The notes below the pieces were generated by a model. It was given only the letters and a program-made list of their open reading frames with translations, had not been told where the DNA came from and made no database searches. Below are positions 9,298-19,751 of a stretch of DNA of 64,000 nucleotides, piece by piece; within the stretch, counting starts at the first letter, position 1; each line of letters begins with the position of its first letter. The translations under genes and the position numbers were made by a program. The DNA comes from a virus: positions 1 to 64,000 of the IMG/VR virus record IMGVR_UViG_3300020733_000013; one strand, written 5' to 3'.

Positions 9298-9763
9298 AAA
9301 GGAAGTTTTCAAACGGTTTCAAAAACTGTTTGATAAAGCTGACCTATTAGAAATGAGCAAAGACATTATCTACGAAGATAATGGTAAATACATTTTGCTT
9401 GAAACATATGAGATTAGTAAATCAGACAAGGGATTTACATTACATAAAAATGGAGTACACATGGAACGTGTATTCTGTAACGCTAGAAATGCTATTGTGT
9501 ACGCTACACTAGACAAACGAAACAAAATCATGGATGCTAAAAAAGTGGTTGAGTTAGACCGTGTCTTAGAAGATAGCAACAACAGCATGGAATTGCACAA
9601 AAAATTAGCTGACCGAGCAAAAGACTTAGATACCAAAACCATCTATCTTGCTAAATTGCAGGAAGCTAAACTTAAAAAAGACCATATCAACGAACAGTTG
9701 GATGACTATATCATAGAAGTAAAAAAGTGGCAGAATGCTAGATTTGCTCAGGCCGCAAAATAA
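9290..9763 (+). CDS. Hypothetical coiled-coil protein
   Basis: ORF track; ATG at 9290 overlaps the end of the upstream gene. Confidence 0.7.
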   Translation: MSEKEVFKRFQKLFDKADLLEMSKDIIYEDNGKYILLETYEISKSDKGFTLHKNGVHMERVFCNARNAIVYATLDKRNKIMDAKKVVELDRVLEDSNNSMELHKKLADRAKDLDTKTIYLAKLQEAKLKKDHINEQLDDYIIEVKKWQNARFAQAAK

Positions 9764-9807
9764 AATAAACTGTGATAAATACAATATTAGTACTCTAGGA
9801 AAACACT

Positions 9808-10530
9808 ATGAAACTTAACGAATTTAACATGAAACCAACTCAAGTTGCTAAAAAAGCACTTAAAGAACATTTCAACACAAACCTAAATGTAGACAGTTTA
9901 AGTCTATACGACACTAAACGTATGCTTACAAAAGTCCGTGGTTTGATTAGCGAAATGCGTACTGGCCAAAAAGCTGTCACACGTGAATCTGATTCTTCTT
10001 ACATGAAAGCAGTATTCATGGAACAAGCATTGACACATCGCTATGGTGAGTTGAAGGCACTTCCAATGTACAATCAACGTATTGTGCTTGAGAACGAAGA
10101 AGTTGAAAAATCACAAGTTGTTTTAGCAGCACAAGAAATGGTCGACAGCCTACAAAAGATGGTTGAAGAAGTTTCTGATATGCTAGTTAAAGAACTACCA
10201 GCAGTTGTTGACGGTGTTAACAGTGAGTTTGGTACAAACGAAGGTGAAACATATAACCAACAAGTTTCCGAAGCATTGAGTTCATTACAAGCAGCATTGA
10301 CTCAAGCCCAAGGTTCAGTCAAATCAGCATTAGGATCAGTAACTGGTCAAGGTGGTGATATGGGTGCTGGCATGGATGACGGTATGGGAATGGATGACGA
10401 CATGAGCATGGATGACGGTGACATGGAAATGGACAGTGACGTTTCTGTTGAAGAACCTGAAATGGATGCTGAGCCAGAAGAAGAACCAGAAGAAGGTCCT
10501 ACTGGTAACGTCGGTAGAGCAACACGCTAA
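9808..10530 (+). CDS. Putative prohead core/scaffold-like protein
   Basis: MKLNEF leader, helical body, acidic D/E/M tail, late promoter. Confidence 0.5.
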   Translation: MKLNEFNMKPTQVAKKALKEHFNTNLNVDSLSLYDTKRMLTKVRGLISEMRTGQKAVTRESDSSYMKAVFMEQALTHRYGELKALPMYNQRIVLENEEVEKSQVVLAAQEMVDSLQKMVEEVSDMLVKELPAVVDGVNSEFGTNEGETYNQQVSEALSSLQAALTQAQGSVKSALGSVTGQGGDMGAGMDDGMGMDDDMSMDDGDMEMDSDVSVEEPEMDAEPEEEPEEGPTGNVGRATR

Positions 10531-10536
10531 TCACTT

Positions 10537-10878
10537 ATGAGACTCTACGAATTCGCAAACGATGATCCACTACGTGTAAAATTGACCGCTGTTGTTGGTC
10601 AAATTCAATCACGTATGGAACACACAGAAGAACCCATGTCTACTGACGAATTCCTAGATATATTAAAAAACAATGATATCTTTATTGACAAGAATGATTT
10701 GTTTGATATGGTAAAAGCAGAGCCATTGAAAAATATTGTTGCTAATGTCAGTAGTCATCAAATCACTTTTAAGGGTCAGCCGGGTGCTGACAATGATATA
10801 GGTGGCGAAGAAAGTCCTGATGAACTAGAAAAAACTCGACAGCAAATGGCGAGTAAGCAAGCAAAGAAACTAGCTTAA
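10537..10878 (+). CDS. Hypothetical (possible head) protein
   Basis: MRLYEF leader, 113 aa. Confidence 0.6.
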   Translation: MRLYEFANDDPLRVKLTAVVGQIQSRMEHTEEPMSTDEFLDILKNNDIFIDKNDLFDMVKAEPLKNIVANVSSHQITFKGQPGADNDIGGEESPDELEKTRQQMASKQAKKLA

Positions 10879-10887
10879 CCAATATGA

Positions 10888-10916
10888 TTGTACCACAGAG
10901 TAATTTGTAGTACAAT
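10888..10916 (+). promoter_or_regulatory. Sigma70-type promoter
   Basis: TTGTAC-17 bp-TACAAT before the nuclease gene. Confidence 0.6.
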
Positions 10917-10922
10917 TTCCAT

Positions 10923-11609
10923 ATGTACATACCAAATAAATATATTTACCAAGAAATACAAAGAGTTGAAACACCACAAGGACGAAGATACGCTACACCT
11001 GATGGTGAGAAACTTCCATCAGTAACTACGATTCTTTCAGCAACTACACCTAAAGAAAAACAAGAAGCATTACAGAATTGGCGCAATAGAGTTGGTCATC
11101 AAAAAGCGCAAGCAATTGTTACAGAAGCTGCAGGTCGAGGCACAAGAATGCACAAATTCTTGGAAGACTATATCAAAACAGGTATATTAAATGAATCAGG
11201 ATCAAACCCATATAGTATCCAAAGTCACAAAATGGCTGACTCAATTATCAGGCAGGGTCTATGTAATTGCACTGAGTTCTGGGGTACAGAAGTCCCACTT
11301 TACTTCCCTGCGGTCTATGCAGGAACAACTGATTTGGTCGGTGTCCATGATGGTAGTGAATCTATCATGGATCATAAGCAGACTAATAAACCCAAAAAAC
11401 GTGAGTGGATCGATGACTACTTCATCCAACTTGCGGCTTATGCAACTGCACATAATGAACTTCACGGAACAAAGATCCGCAAAGGAGTCATTTTTATGTG
11501 CGATCCAAATGCTATGTACCAAGAGTTTATAATTGAAGGTACTGAGTTTGACCAGTATCAACAAGAGTGGTATAAACGCCTAGAACAATACTACAGTCAG
11601 TTCGTTTGA
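10923..11609 (+). CDS. PD-(D/E)XK exonuclease
   Basis: LPSVTTIL, RGTRMH, YAGTTD, IMDHKQ, QLAAY. Confidence 0.88.
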   Translation: MYIPNKYIYQEIQRVETPQGRRYATPDGEKLPSVTTILSATTPKEKQEALQNWRNRVGHQKAQAIVTEAAGRGTRMHKFLEDYIKTGILNESGSNPYSIQSHKMADSIIRQGLCNCTEFWGTEVPLYFPAVYAGTTDLVGVHDGSESIMDHKQTNKPKKREWIDDYFIQLAAYATAHNELHGTKIRKGVIFMCDPNAMYQEFIIEGTEFDQYQQEWYKRLEQYYSQFV

Positions 11610-11643
11610 TACGTGATAAATAGTATAATTAACGGATTATACT

Positions 11644-12990
11644 ATGGCAATCGTACAAATATCAAAGATTCAACACAGAACAGGCGCAAACGTTGACTTA
11701 CCTCAACTTGACGTAGGTGAGATCGGGTTCGCAAGTGATGAACGTAAAATTTATATAGGAAATGATCCTGTATTATATCCACCAGTAGGTGACGGAACAA
11801 CACAAACTGAAATCTTAACAGATTCAAGTACACTAAGTTTTAATCAGATTAACGGTACAAACAATACTGCTATCAGTCTTAATTCAACTGCCCCCGGTGA
11901 GTTGCTAGTTGCACAAGAAATCAATGGTGTGCTTACTTGGGTCAATGGTGGTAGCACGACAGGTGTTCCAATTGATTTAGGCAATGCATCTAACGTTAAA
12001 CTTGAAGGTGGGTTCAACGGTGCAGTACTACAATCAGACGGCATGGGTAATCTATCATGGGTTACTAATGGTGCTGTGCAATATGCAATCGCAGGTATCA
12101 CAAGTGCTGATACAGGCGTATTAACAACTACAACAACAAACTATATTCCAACTGGTGCTGCTGTAACAATTACAGGAATTACTGATTCAGGTGGCGCATC
12201 GTTCCAAACAGGTGGTGCCGGTGGTACTAACATGTATTATGTTAAACGTAATAATGATGGTTCATTGAGTTTGTATGAGGATAGCGGCTTGTCCTCACCA
12301 GTTGCAACTAACGGCTTCTTGTCTTATGTTGCTACTACTGGTACAATCACTGCAATGGTACAAGCATCAGGTGCAGCAAGTGCAGGCGGCTCAAATACAC
12401 AGATTCAATTTAATGATGGTGGTAGTACATTAAACGGAACAGGTAACTTAACATATAACAAAACAACAAACGTACTTACAATGTCAGGTAATATTGTTGT
12501 TGGAAATGTTGTTGGTAACAGTTATGGTTACTTCAATGGTCCAATAGGAAACACAACTCCTAATACAGGTAAGTTCACTAGCACTTTTGTTGGTAACACA
12601 ACTGCCAACGTTTTAGTAACAGGTGGCAATGTTTCTGCAACTGCTAATATCACAGCAGATATTATTCATGCCACACACAATGGTTCAGGAACTAACTTCC
12701 AAGTTGGTGATGATGCTTGGATTGGTGATATCAATACTACAAATACACTAGTCATCAAGGGTCAGCAAGACCCTACAACGGGCTATGTTGTATTTGGTAA
12801 CGCAGATACAACTAGCACATTAGGTCGTAGTGGTTCAGGTGCATTGACATACAACGGTGATTTTACTGCTAACGGTAACGTAACTGCCGGCAACATCCAC
12901 TTAGGTACTTGGTCAATCTTTGCAAATACTAACGGTATCTATGCAAACAACGGAACACATACGTTCAGCATTGGTTTGACCCAAATCTGA
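11644..12990 (+). CDS. Tail fibre/structural protein
   Basis: N-term IQHRTG..LPQLDVGEIGF..IYIG fibre anchor; GGSNTQIQFN repeat; G/T/N-rich. Confidence 0.7.
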   Translation: MAIVQISKIQHRTGANVDLPQLDVGEIGFASDERKIYIGNDPVLYPPVGDGTTQTEILTDSSTLSFNQINGTNNTAISLNSTAPGELLVAQEINGVLTWVNGGSTTGVPIDLGNASNVKLEGGFNGAVLQSDGMGNLSWVTNGAVQYAIAGITSADTGVLTTTTTNYIPTGAAVTITGITDSGGASFQTGGAGGTNMYYVKRNNDGSLSLYEDSGLSSPVATNGFLSYVATTGTITAMVQASGAASAGGSNTQIQFNDGGSTLNGTGNLTYNKTTNVLTMSGNIVVGNVVGNSYGYFNGPIGNTTPNTGKFTSTFVGNTTANVLVTGGNVSATANITADIIHATHNGSGTNFQVGDDAWIGDINTTNTLVIKGQQDPTTGYVVFGNADTTSTLGRSGSGALTYNGDFTANGNVTAGNIHLGTWSIFANTNGIYANNGTHTFSIGLTQI

Positions 12991-13004
12991 TAAATACTTA
13001 ATAC

Positions 13005-13066
13005 GCTCTTAATTCTGAGAGTTTATGCAGTACCCACTGCGTAGCGGCTAGAACCCGCTATTTTTT
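13005..13066 (+). promoter_or_regulatory. Structured 5' leader with three hairpins, the last terminator-like
   Basis: GCTCTT/GAGAGT, TATGCAGT/ACTGCGTA and TAGCGG/CCGCTA+T6, between the late promoter and the RBS. Confidence 0.55.
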
Positions 13067-13080
13067 ATAAGGAAAAACAA

Positions 13081-14307
13081 ATGGGACGTCCTCTAAACAA
13101 AAAGTGGTTCGGTAACGAAAACGTTAACGACTCAGGTGAAACACAAAGTAATTTAACTCCTGCATCTGGTGTACAGATTGAAGGTGAAGGTGTTGCTAGT
13201 GTTACAATTAATACTGCTGGTTCATATTCTGCAGGTTTGCCATCAGTAACATTCAGCGCACCTAACTTAGCTGGTGCCGGTGGTGTTACCGCTACTGGTG
13301 TAACACATGGTAAGGCATTATCAGCAGCTACTACTGCTAATGGTTCAGGATACAACTTTGGTGATGTATTGACTGTAGTAGGTGGAACTTCTACTACAGC
13401 AGCTACATTTACAGTTGCTTCAACATTGGTAGTATCAGCAGTTAAAAGTGCTGGCGGTACAGGTTATGCTGACGGTGACTTGTTAACATTCAGTACAGGT
13501 TTCTCACCATCATTAATCTTGCGTGTCAATCGTCCAGGTGGCGGTACAGGTTCACCGGACAATTTTACAATTACTCAAGCTGGTCGCCGTACTAGTGCTA
13601 ACCCAACTAACCCTGTGACTTATGATAGTCGCACAGGTTCAGGGTCAGGATGTACAGTTACTTTAGGTTTTGGTGTTTATAGTTTCAGTACTGTAGTACA
13701 AGAAGGTGATTATACTGCAATGCCAAGTAACCCTGTTAGCTTTACAGGTGGTAGTGGTACAGGAGCAGCAGCAACAGTACCGTTTGGTGTAAAAAGTGTT
13801 TATGTTACTGATCCAGGTTCTGGATACACAACAGTTGCAGATGCAGCAATTACATTCAGTGCAGGCGCCGCAGCAGCTACACCAGTATTGACAGTTGCAA
13901 GTGACACACCTTACAGTGCAGAAGCATTCCCAAGCATTATTGCTTATGGTGTTGCTACACTAGGTGGTACAAATCAGTATGCTGATATTATCAAACAAGA
14001 AAACACAACTCGTTACAAAATCAGAACAGGTGATGGCGTAGGTTATTGCAACTTGAAAACAACTGGCGTTGCAAGCGCAGTTGGTGAAATGACTATCAAA
14101 GCAACTGACAGTGCAGGTAAAACATACTATGTCAAGAAATTGACAGCACGTAGAGTAACATTAGTTCCATACGGTTCAAGTGGTTGGTTATTCCCATCTA
14201 CTACAGAATCAGATGGAACAGTTGTTTATCAATCTGCTCACTGGACAATGACAACTAGTGATCCTACATATAACAGTTCAACAACTGTTATTATCGAAAA
14301 CGCTTAA
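13081..14307 (+). CDS. Virion structural protein with GSGY repeats
   Basis: MGRPLNKK start; repeated V.V.NxGSGY beta motifs. Confidence 0.65.
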   Translation: MGRPLNKKWFGNENVNDSGETQSNLTPASGVQIEGEGVASVTINTAGSYSAGLPSVTFSAPNLAGAGGVTATGVTHGKALSAATTANGSGYNFGDVLTVVGGTSTTAATFTVASTLVVSAVKSAGGTGYADGDLLTFSTGFSPSLILRVNRPGGGTGSPDNFTITQAGRRTSANPTNPVTYDSRTGSGSGCTVTLGFGVYSFSTVVQEGDYTAMPSNPVSFTGGSGTGAAATVPFGVKSVYVTDPGSGYTTVADAAITFSAGAAAATPVLTVASDTPYSAEAFPSIIAYGVATLGGTNQYADIIKQENTTRYKIRTGDGVGYCNLKTTGVASAVGEMTIKATDSAGKTYYVKKLTARRVTLVPYGSSGWLFPSTTESDGTVVYQSAHWTMTTSDPTYNSSTTVIIENA

Positions 14308-14322
14308 TCTTTTAAGCACAAC

Positions 14323-14350
14323 AAAAAAGCCGCTTTATGCGGCTTTTTTT
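14323..14350. terminator. Bidirectional intrinsic terminator
   Basis: AAAAAAGCCGC-tttat-GCGGCTTTTTT between convergent genes. Confidence 0.85.
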
Positions 14351-14754
14351 ACCAACTCATTTAATTTATCTTGTACAATGTCAAAGTTGATTGTATTGAA
14401 TAGTCCAGGATGCATTGGCTTAGGATAATGTTTAATATCTATCCAGCAGTATCCACAGTGTTCGTCATTGAGTGAGGGTAAAAATTCATCCTCTACTTTA
14501 CAAAAGAATGTATGATATACAAAACTATGATTGACGAATTTTTGAATAGGGATTAATTTAGGATTATTAGGGAAATAACTAAGTTCTTCACGGCATTCAC
14601 GTTCAATGCCTTCAAATAGTGATTCACCCTTTTCTACTTTGCCACCAGGAATTCCCCAGTTTCCTGGGTTCTTGTCATCGTTGCGTAGTAGATATAAGAA
14701 TCTGTTAGTAGAACTAGAGTAAAAGAATACTCCAGCTGCGGTATTTTCATTCAT
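14335..14754 (-). CDS. NUDIX hydrolase
   Basis: Nudix box WGIPGGKVEKGESLFEGIERECREEL; LNDEH. Confidence 0.9.
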   Translation of the reverse strand: MNENTAAGVFFYSSSTNRFLYLLRNDDKNPGNWGIPGGKVEKGESLFEGIERECREELSYFPNNPKLIPIQKFVNHSFVYHTFFCKVEDEFLPSLNDEHCGYCWIDIKHYPKPMHPGLFNTINFDIVQDKLNELVKKAA

Positions 14755-14771
14755 ACTATGATTTATCACAG

Positions 14772-16145
14772 TTAGATGACGATAGAATAATCTCCCTGAT
14801 CGTAATAACCTTCGTATGCTTTCATCCATTCACCTTCAGCAAAACGATATTGAACACCTGATGTTAAGTTAGTAACATATTCAACAGGTCCATATGCAGT
14901 GCTATCAAATGCAACATGCCAATTTGTTCCGTCAAATTGAATAATGTCGTTTGCATTTGCGTATAAGTTACCCCATGCTGTACTAACTGATGAATGAGTT
15001 GGATCGCCAATCGCTTCAACTATCAAATAACGTTGACCATTTGCTGCGTTGGGTAATCCTATGCCCGGACCTTTGACCATTGGATTAATGATACTATCAA
15101 CTGCTGGTAGTGTATTCTGTGGTAGTGTATCGCCATCAATATTGAATATCAATAATCTATCATCATTTGGATTAAATGCAATAGTGCCTACAATTTCAGT
15201 ATCCATGTAAGGATTCTGTAACCAAATCTGACTGATACCAGGCTTGACCGTTCCATATACATTTAACACACTAGTCCAATATGGTCCGGTCGTATCTGGA
15301 TTAGGTGGTAAATCTAATGACGCAGCACCACTACTTAAATTCTCATTAGCTGGTAATATTTGTAAACTGTTACCTATCAACAACAGTTTGTATCCGTATG
15401 GTGTGATCTTCTGTCTTGTTCCGATCAATAAATGGTCGTCTTTCATGTCACTAATTGCATTACCTTGGAAGATACTTGCAATGATTTTGTGAATAACACC
15501 TAACTTCTTAACTTTAATACTAGAACTTAGCCAGATAGGCATTTGAAACTTCCAACTCATAATATCAATAGGATTACCTGAACCCATTGGAACTGTCCTA
15601 CTACTGAATGTTAGTCCATCTTGGTAAACAACACTTAAACTTGTCCAATCAATGAAGTTATCAGTACTTTGTATTTCCATTGCAGGATTAAACAATACAC
15701 CCAATTGTTCAATCAGTTCAAGTTTTTGATTGTAGTTTGTTGTCCAAAAATCTACATTGATTCTTAATGTGTAGGGCACTGGCATGATACGTTCTACTGT
15801 AAATGCCTGACCCTGTGTTGTTTCATAACTTTGTGTATCAACATTAAATGTACGTTGACGCACAGCTACCTTATCTAAGAAGTATGGATCTTGTGTACGT
15901 TTTTGATCGTATTCTAATCCGGTGATATAGTATGTAATTAATGGTGCGCTTGGCAAACTGCTTGCACTATTGTCAGCAATTACTGAACTTGCCATCCTGC
16001 TTGAGTCACCATATTGAATAGGTACACGAACAATGATATCGTTTCCCGCAGGATCTTTTCCTTTAGTAACATTCCAATCACTGAAAATACGTGCGAACTG
16101 TACTAAGAATCTGCGTATCTGCTGGTCGTAAAAATATTTTGCCAT
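14772..16145 (-). CDS. Tail terminator/sheath stabiliser (gp15-like) with C-terminal extension
   Basis: YFYDQQIRRFLVQF, VPIQYG, PVPYTL, ELIEQL..FNP. Confidence 0.75.
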   Translation of the reverse strand: MAKYFYDQQIRRFLVQFARIFSDWNVTKGKDPAGNDIIVRVPIQYGDSSRMASSVIADNSASSLPSAPLITYYITGLEYDQKRTQDPYFLDKVAVRQRTFNVDTQSYETTQGQAFTVERIMPVPYTLRINVDFWTTNYNQKLELIEQLGVLFNPAMEIQSTDNFIDWTSLSVVYQDGLTFSSRTVPMGSGNPIDIMSWKFQMPIWLSSSIKVKKLGVIHKIIASIFQGNAISDMKDDHLLIGTRQKITPYGYKLLLIGNSLQILPANENLSSGAASLDLPPNPDTTGPYWTSVLNVYGTVKPGISQIWLQNPYMDTEIVGTIAFNPNDDRLLIFNIDGDTLPQNTLPAVDSIINPMVKGPGIGLPNAANGQRYLIVEAIGDPTHSSVSTAWGNLYANANDIIQFDGTNWHVAFDSTAYGPVEYVTNLTSGVQYRFAEGEWMKAYEGYYDQGDYSIVI

Positions 16146-16146
16146 G

Positions 16147-18033
16147 TTAATCCGTTACTATTTTGAATACTTCTGAGAGTGACTGTTGTTCTGGTACACT
16201 TGTACCATTTGTCAATACAGTCACGTTGCTGTTGTTAATGAATGAACCCAATTGAGATTGTGATTGGTTCGTTCCTGGTGTTGCTCTGATGTTTTCACTA
16301 ATTCTTACCCATAGTGTTCCATCATAACGATATAGTAAATTAGGTAGATAATCAGTGCGTAAGAAATAATCACCTATGTTTGCACTACTTGGGAATGCAA
16401 TACCTGATTTAACTGGTAATCCGTTTGGTGAAGTACCATCACCTGACAAGTATGCACCTAAATAACCAAATCCTTGTGGAGTTACACGTAAGATAAAGTT
16501 AAATCGTGGGTCACAGTCTGCTCTAAAGTCCATTACACTTGATACAGTACCGGTAAACTCGCCACTGATTGTGATAGTTGTACCTTGCGGGATAGCAACA
16601 GTGATAGGAGTGTCAACTGCAATATGATTGTTTACTAAGTCAACGTCAATAACTCTAGTAGGACTTACGAAAGGATTAACAGTTGCTCCTGCACTACTTA
16701 CAACATTTGCACTAACTTCACAACCAACCATGATTTGGTCACTGATATCGCTTAAACCAATAATCACTGAACCTAAATCAGATCCACTTGCATGGAATTC
16801 TTGTGTAGGCATTTGATCGGCTGTACTGAATGTGTTATCACTAGTACCATATGGTCCAGTAATATCACCCACTGCTTTTGCTGTTAATACTAAATTGCCA
16901 TCAACTTGACCCGAAGTACCACTACGTTCTGGTGCAAGTTTTGCTGTCTCTAAGTTTAGACTAATAAACTTACGTAATGCGTCAAAATCATCACCACCTA
17001 GTGTTTCTAAATCTTTTAATGCAGCAGCACCAATGCGTAATACTGGACTAGGATTTCTATATCCAGGTGTACTAATCATTTGCAAAGTAGGTCTAGTTGG
17101 GATAGGTACACCCGAGTTCGCTATAATGTTGACAGGTAATGCAGGTTGGCTATTTGCTGTAGGTACAACATATAATTGACTACGGTCATATCCTGTCTTA
17201 GGTAATAGTCTTGCTGCTTCTGCAATAGCTGCATCATTGATTGCAATGTTTTTATTATAGCGACCTAGTACATCACGTAGATTATCACTTGTACTTACAT
17301 CCCAATATGTTGTGTCAGTTGGTGCAACACCTGCAGGAACTGGTCCTGGTTGTTTTGGTGTATAAGTTTTGTCTCCGTAAGTCACTGTATATCCTGGTAC
17401 ATAAACTGCTGTGTTTTTCCAATCACCTAAGTAATTGTCTTGATTCATTGGCTGACTTAATATATTGCTAAATTCTTGACTGTCAACTAATGGTTCACAT
17501 TTAATACGCCATAAGTGCGGGAACCATGTTTGACTGAATCCTTCACTTGCAAAATTAGCATCAGTGATTTGATAATATCTACGCAATCCAATTGGAATTT
17601 GATCGTTCAATGGATGATAGTCAGTTAAGTGTGGTAATTCAAATACATCACCAACCATTAATTTACGTCCTATCACATCAATCATGTCGTTGTAATGTAC
17701 TGTGACAAAAATAATATCGTTTGTTAAAAATAATCCAAACTGACTTAAATCAAAATCTAAATTTTGTACGTTGTAATGTCCACGCAATCTATAAATTGAT
17801 GTGTCATATTTACGGTCACGATTTTCCAAGAACAATAAATCCTGAATTTTTGTAGGATCAGGTGTTGTTTGTTGGGGCTGTGTCAAATCTGCACTAGCAC
17901 CCTGATCTGTGATGCCCAGATATTTGTGAACATACATATCCGTTGCACCCACAGTAAACATTTCCTTGATACTTCTATCTAGGAATCTATAATCGTTTGA
18001 TTTATCTGAGCGATAAAGGCTGAGTCTGGGCAT
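16147..18033 (-). CDS. Neck protein (gp14-like) with extensions
   Basis: LSQFGLFL, GDVFELPHL; adjacent to the gp15-like gene. Confidence 0.6.
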   Translation of the reverse strand: MPRLSLYRSDKSNDYRFLDRSIKEMFTVGATDMYVHKYLGITDQGASADLTQPQQTTPDPTKIQDLLFLENRDRKYDTSIYRLRGHYNVQNLDFDLSQFGLFLTNDIIFVTVHYNDMIDVIGRKLMVGDVFELPHLTDYHPLNDQIPIGLRRYYQITDANFASEGFSQTWFPHLWRIKCEPLVDSQEFSNILSQPMNQDNYLGDWKNTAVYVPGYTVTYGDKTYTPKQPGPVPAGVAPTDTTYWDVSTSDNLRDVLGRYNKNIAINDAAIAEAARLLPKTGYDRSQLYVVPTANSQPALPVNIIANSGVPIPTRPTLQMISTPGYRNPSPVLRIGAAALKDLETLGGDDFDALRKFISLNLETAKLAPERSGTSGQVDGNLVLTAKAVGDITGPYGTSDNTFSTADQMPTQEFHASGSDLGSVIIGLSDISDQIMVGCEVSANVVSSAGATVNPFVSPTRVIDVDLVNNHIAVDTPITVAIPQGTTITISGEFTGTVSSVMDFRADCDPRFNFILRVTPQGFGYLGAYLSGDGTSPNGLPVKSGIAFPSSANIGDYFLRTDYLPNLLYRYDGTLWVRISENIRATPGTNQSQSQLGSFINNSNVTVLTNGTSVPEQQSLSEVFKIVTD

Positions 18034-18074
18034 ATCGTTATCCGTTTATCTACTATTTAGTGCAAAAGTATTAC

Positions 18075-18103
18075 TTGACAGTAAATGGATTCTCATATAT
18101 AAT
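18075..18103 (+). promoter_or_regulatory. Perfect sigma70 consensus promoter
   Basis: TTGACA-17 bp-TATAAT. Confidence 0.9.
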
Positions 18104-18128
18104 TGATACATTGTTAACAGGAGCACAC

Positions 18129-19292
18129 ATGGCAACTCGCAAGCCGAAACTTACAGGCGATCACTTTGTTAAAGCACTGAATCCAAAACATGCTGATACA
18201 AAATATACAGGGGACGAACCTTTCTTCCCCATCCAACCACAGAGTGAAGACCGTACTATTGCACTTACCCGTGCTTTCACATGGTATCATCACTTCTATG
18301 CTAAAAAAGACGCAAAAGAACTGTTGTGTCAGTATTTAGAACTACATGACCGAACTGTTGGAGCAAAACAAATACGTAAGGTTCACGAAAGTGAATTTAT
18401 TATGACATTGTGCTGGCTTGCACGTATGAGTTTGCGTGGGCTTGAGTTGAGTGAGCATGAAGAATTAACACTTGAAAACGAAATTTCACGATTGACTAAG
18501 TTGGTCAACAAGCCTGAGGTCATTGAAAAAGAGGACATGGTTGTAGTGTCCAATCGCCCTAATGTGCAAGAAATTATGCGAGAAAAAGCACGAGAGGCAG
18601 CAGGTGAACTTGAAGGCATGTTTGACGAGTTTTACATTGACGGCAAGACCTCAATGAAAACAGTTGATGTTGTTGCAAAATACAATGTCATGTCACAGCA
18701 TATTCCAATTATCTTAGAAATCTGGAAAGCAAAAAAGGAAGAGTTTGAAATGTTGTCTGAAACTGACGACCGTGAACTCAAAGAATCCTATGGTAATCTA
18801 GGTAAAATTCAGTTGCGTAACATTCTTAAATTCATTGAGAATGTCATTGGTGATTTGAACAGTTATATCTCAATTAAGAAAGCAAGCAAGGCTCCGCGCA
18901 AACGCAAAGCAGTTCCTGTTGAGAAGATTGTTGCTAAACTCAAATACTTAAAGGAATTCAAAGATGCAGTCAATAAACTTGACCTCGTATCAGTACACCC
19001 TACTAAATTACACGGAGCTAGTGAAGCATGGGTTTACGACACAGCAAAGCGTAAACTTCACCACTATATCGCCGATGAATATTCAAAGAGTTTCACGGTC
19101 AAAGGCAACGCTTTACTTGGTTTTGACACAAATATTTCCGAAATCAAAACTCTTAGAAAGCCCGGTGAGCAAATTAAAGAAATCATGGGTTCTAAACCTG
19201 CCGCAAGAAAGTATTTCAAAGACATTAAAGCAGTCAGTGCGACTCCTAATGGCCGATTCAACGAGAATATGCTAATCCTGCGATGCTTTTGA
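18129..19292 (+). CDS. Hypothetical early protein
   Basis: AGGAG RBS before ATG 18129; 387 aa; basic C-terminal domain. Confidence 0.75.
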   Translation: MATRKPKLTGDHFVKALNPKHADTKYTGDEPFFPIQPQSEDRTIALTRAFTWYHHFYAKKDAKELLCQYLELHDRTVGAKQIRKVHESEFIMTLCWLARMSLRGLELSEHEELTLENEISRLTKLVNKPEVIEKEDMVVVSNRPNVQEIMREKAREAAGELEGMFDEFYIDGKTSMKTVDVVAKYNVMSQHIPIILEIWKAKKEEFEMLSETDDRELKESYGNLGKIQLRNILKFIENVIGDLNSYISIKKASKAPRKRKAVPVEKIVAKLKYLKEFKDAVNKLDLVSVHPTKLHGASEAWVYDTAKRKLHHYIADEYSKSFTVKGNALLGFDTNISEIKTLRKPGEQIKEIMGSKPAARKYFKDIKAVSATPNGRFNENMLILRCF

Positions 19293-19308
19293 TTGACAAG
19301 GTGTAATA

Positions 19309-19518
19309 ATGAACGAAGCTGAAAACACTTTTAGGACACTAAAGGAAGAACCACTACTTATTAAAAGTGTGTGGTGCTACTTAGGTTTACATAGGTGGAC
19401 TCAGTGGAGTAAGCCCATGAATCGTATTGAGGGCGCATACAATGTTGACTTGCAAACTAGGACCTGTAGTTGTTGCAATCAGTATAGTGTTAAAGTTTTG
19501 AGAAAGACATATAGATGA
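19309..19518 (+). CDS. Small Cys/His protein
   Basis: CYLGLHRW...CSCC. Confidence 0.65.
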   Translation: MNEAENTFRTLKEEPLLIKSVWCYLGLHRWTQWSKPMNRIEGAYNVDLQTRTCSCCNQYSVKVLRKTYR

Positions 19519-19751
19519 ACGAACGAATTAAACAACTTGCTGAAAAGGCTAGAGAACAGGCTGAACTATTCAATAGTGTGAGAAATAAACTCACTGCCGA
19601 AGAGTGGGAAGAAATTTACAACGAAAAGTTCGCCGAGTTGATTGTGAAAGAATGTGCCGAACTTACTTTGGATTATAAGAACGACCAGTATTATCAAGGT
19701 TGGTTGGATTATAGGGACGAGATTAAACAACATTTCGGAGTTGAAGAATGA
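19515..19751 (+). CDS. Small 'HFGVEE' family protein
   Basis: MNERIKQLA...EKFAELIVKEC...IKQHFGVEE. Confidence 0.8.
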   Translation: MNERIKQLAEKAREQAELFNSVRNKLTAEEWEEIYNEKFAELIVKECAELTLDYKNDQYYQGWLDYRDEIKQHFGVEE

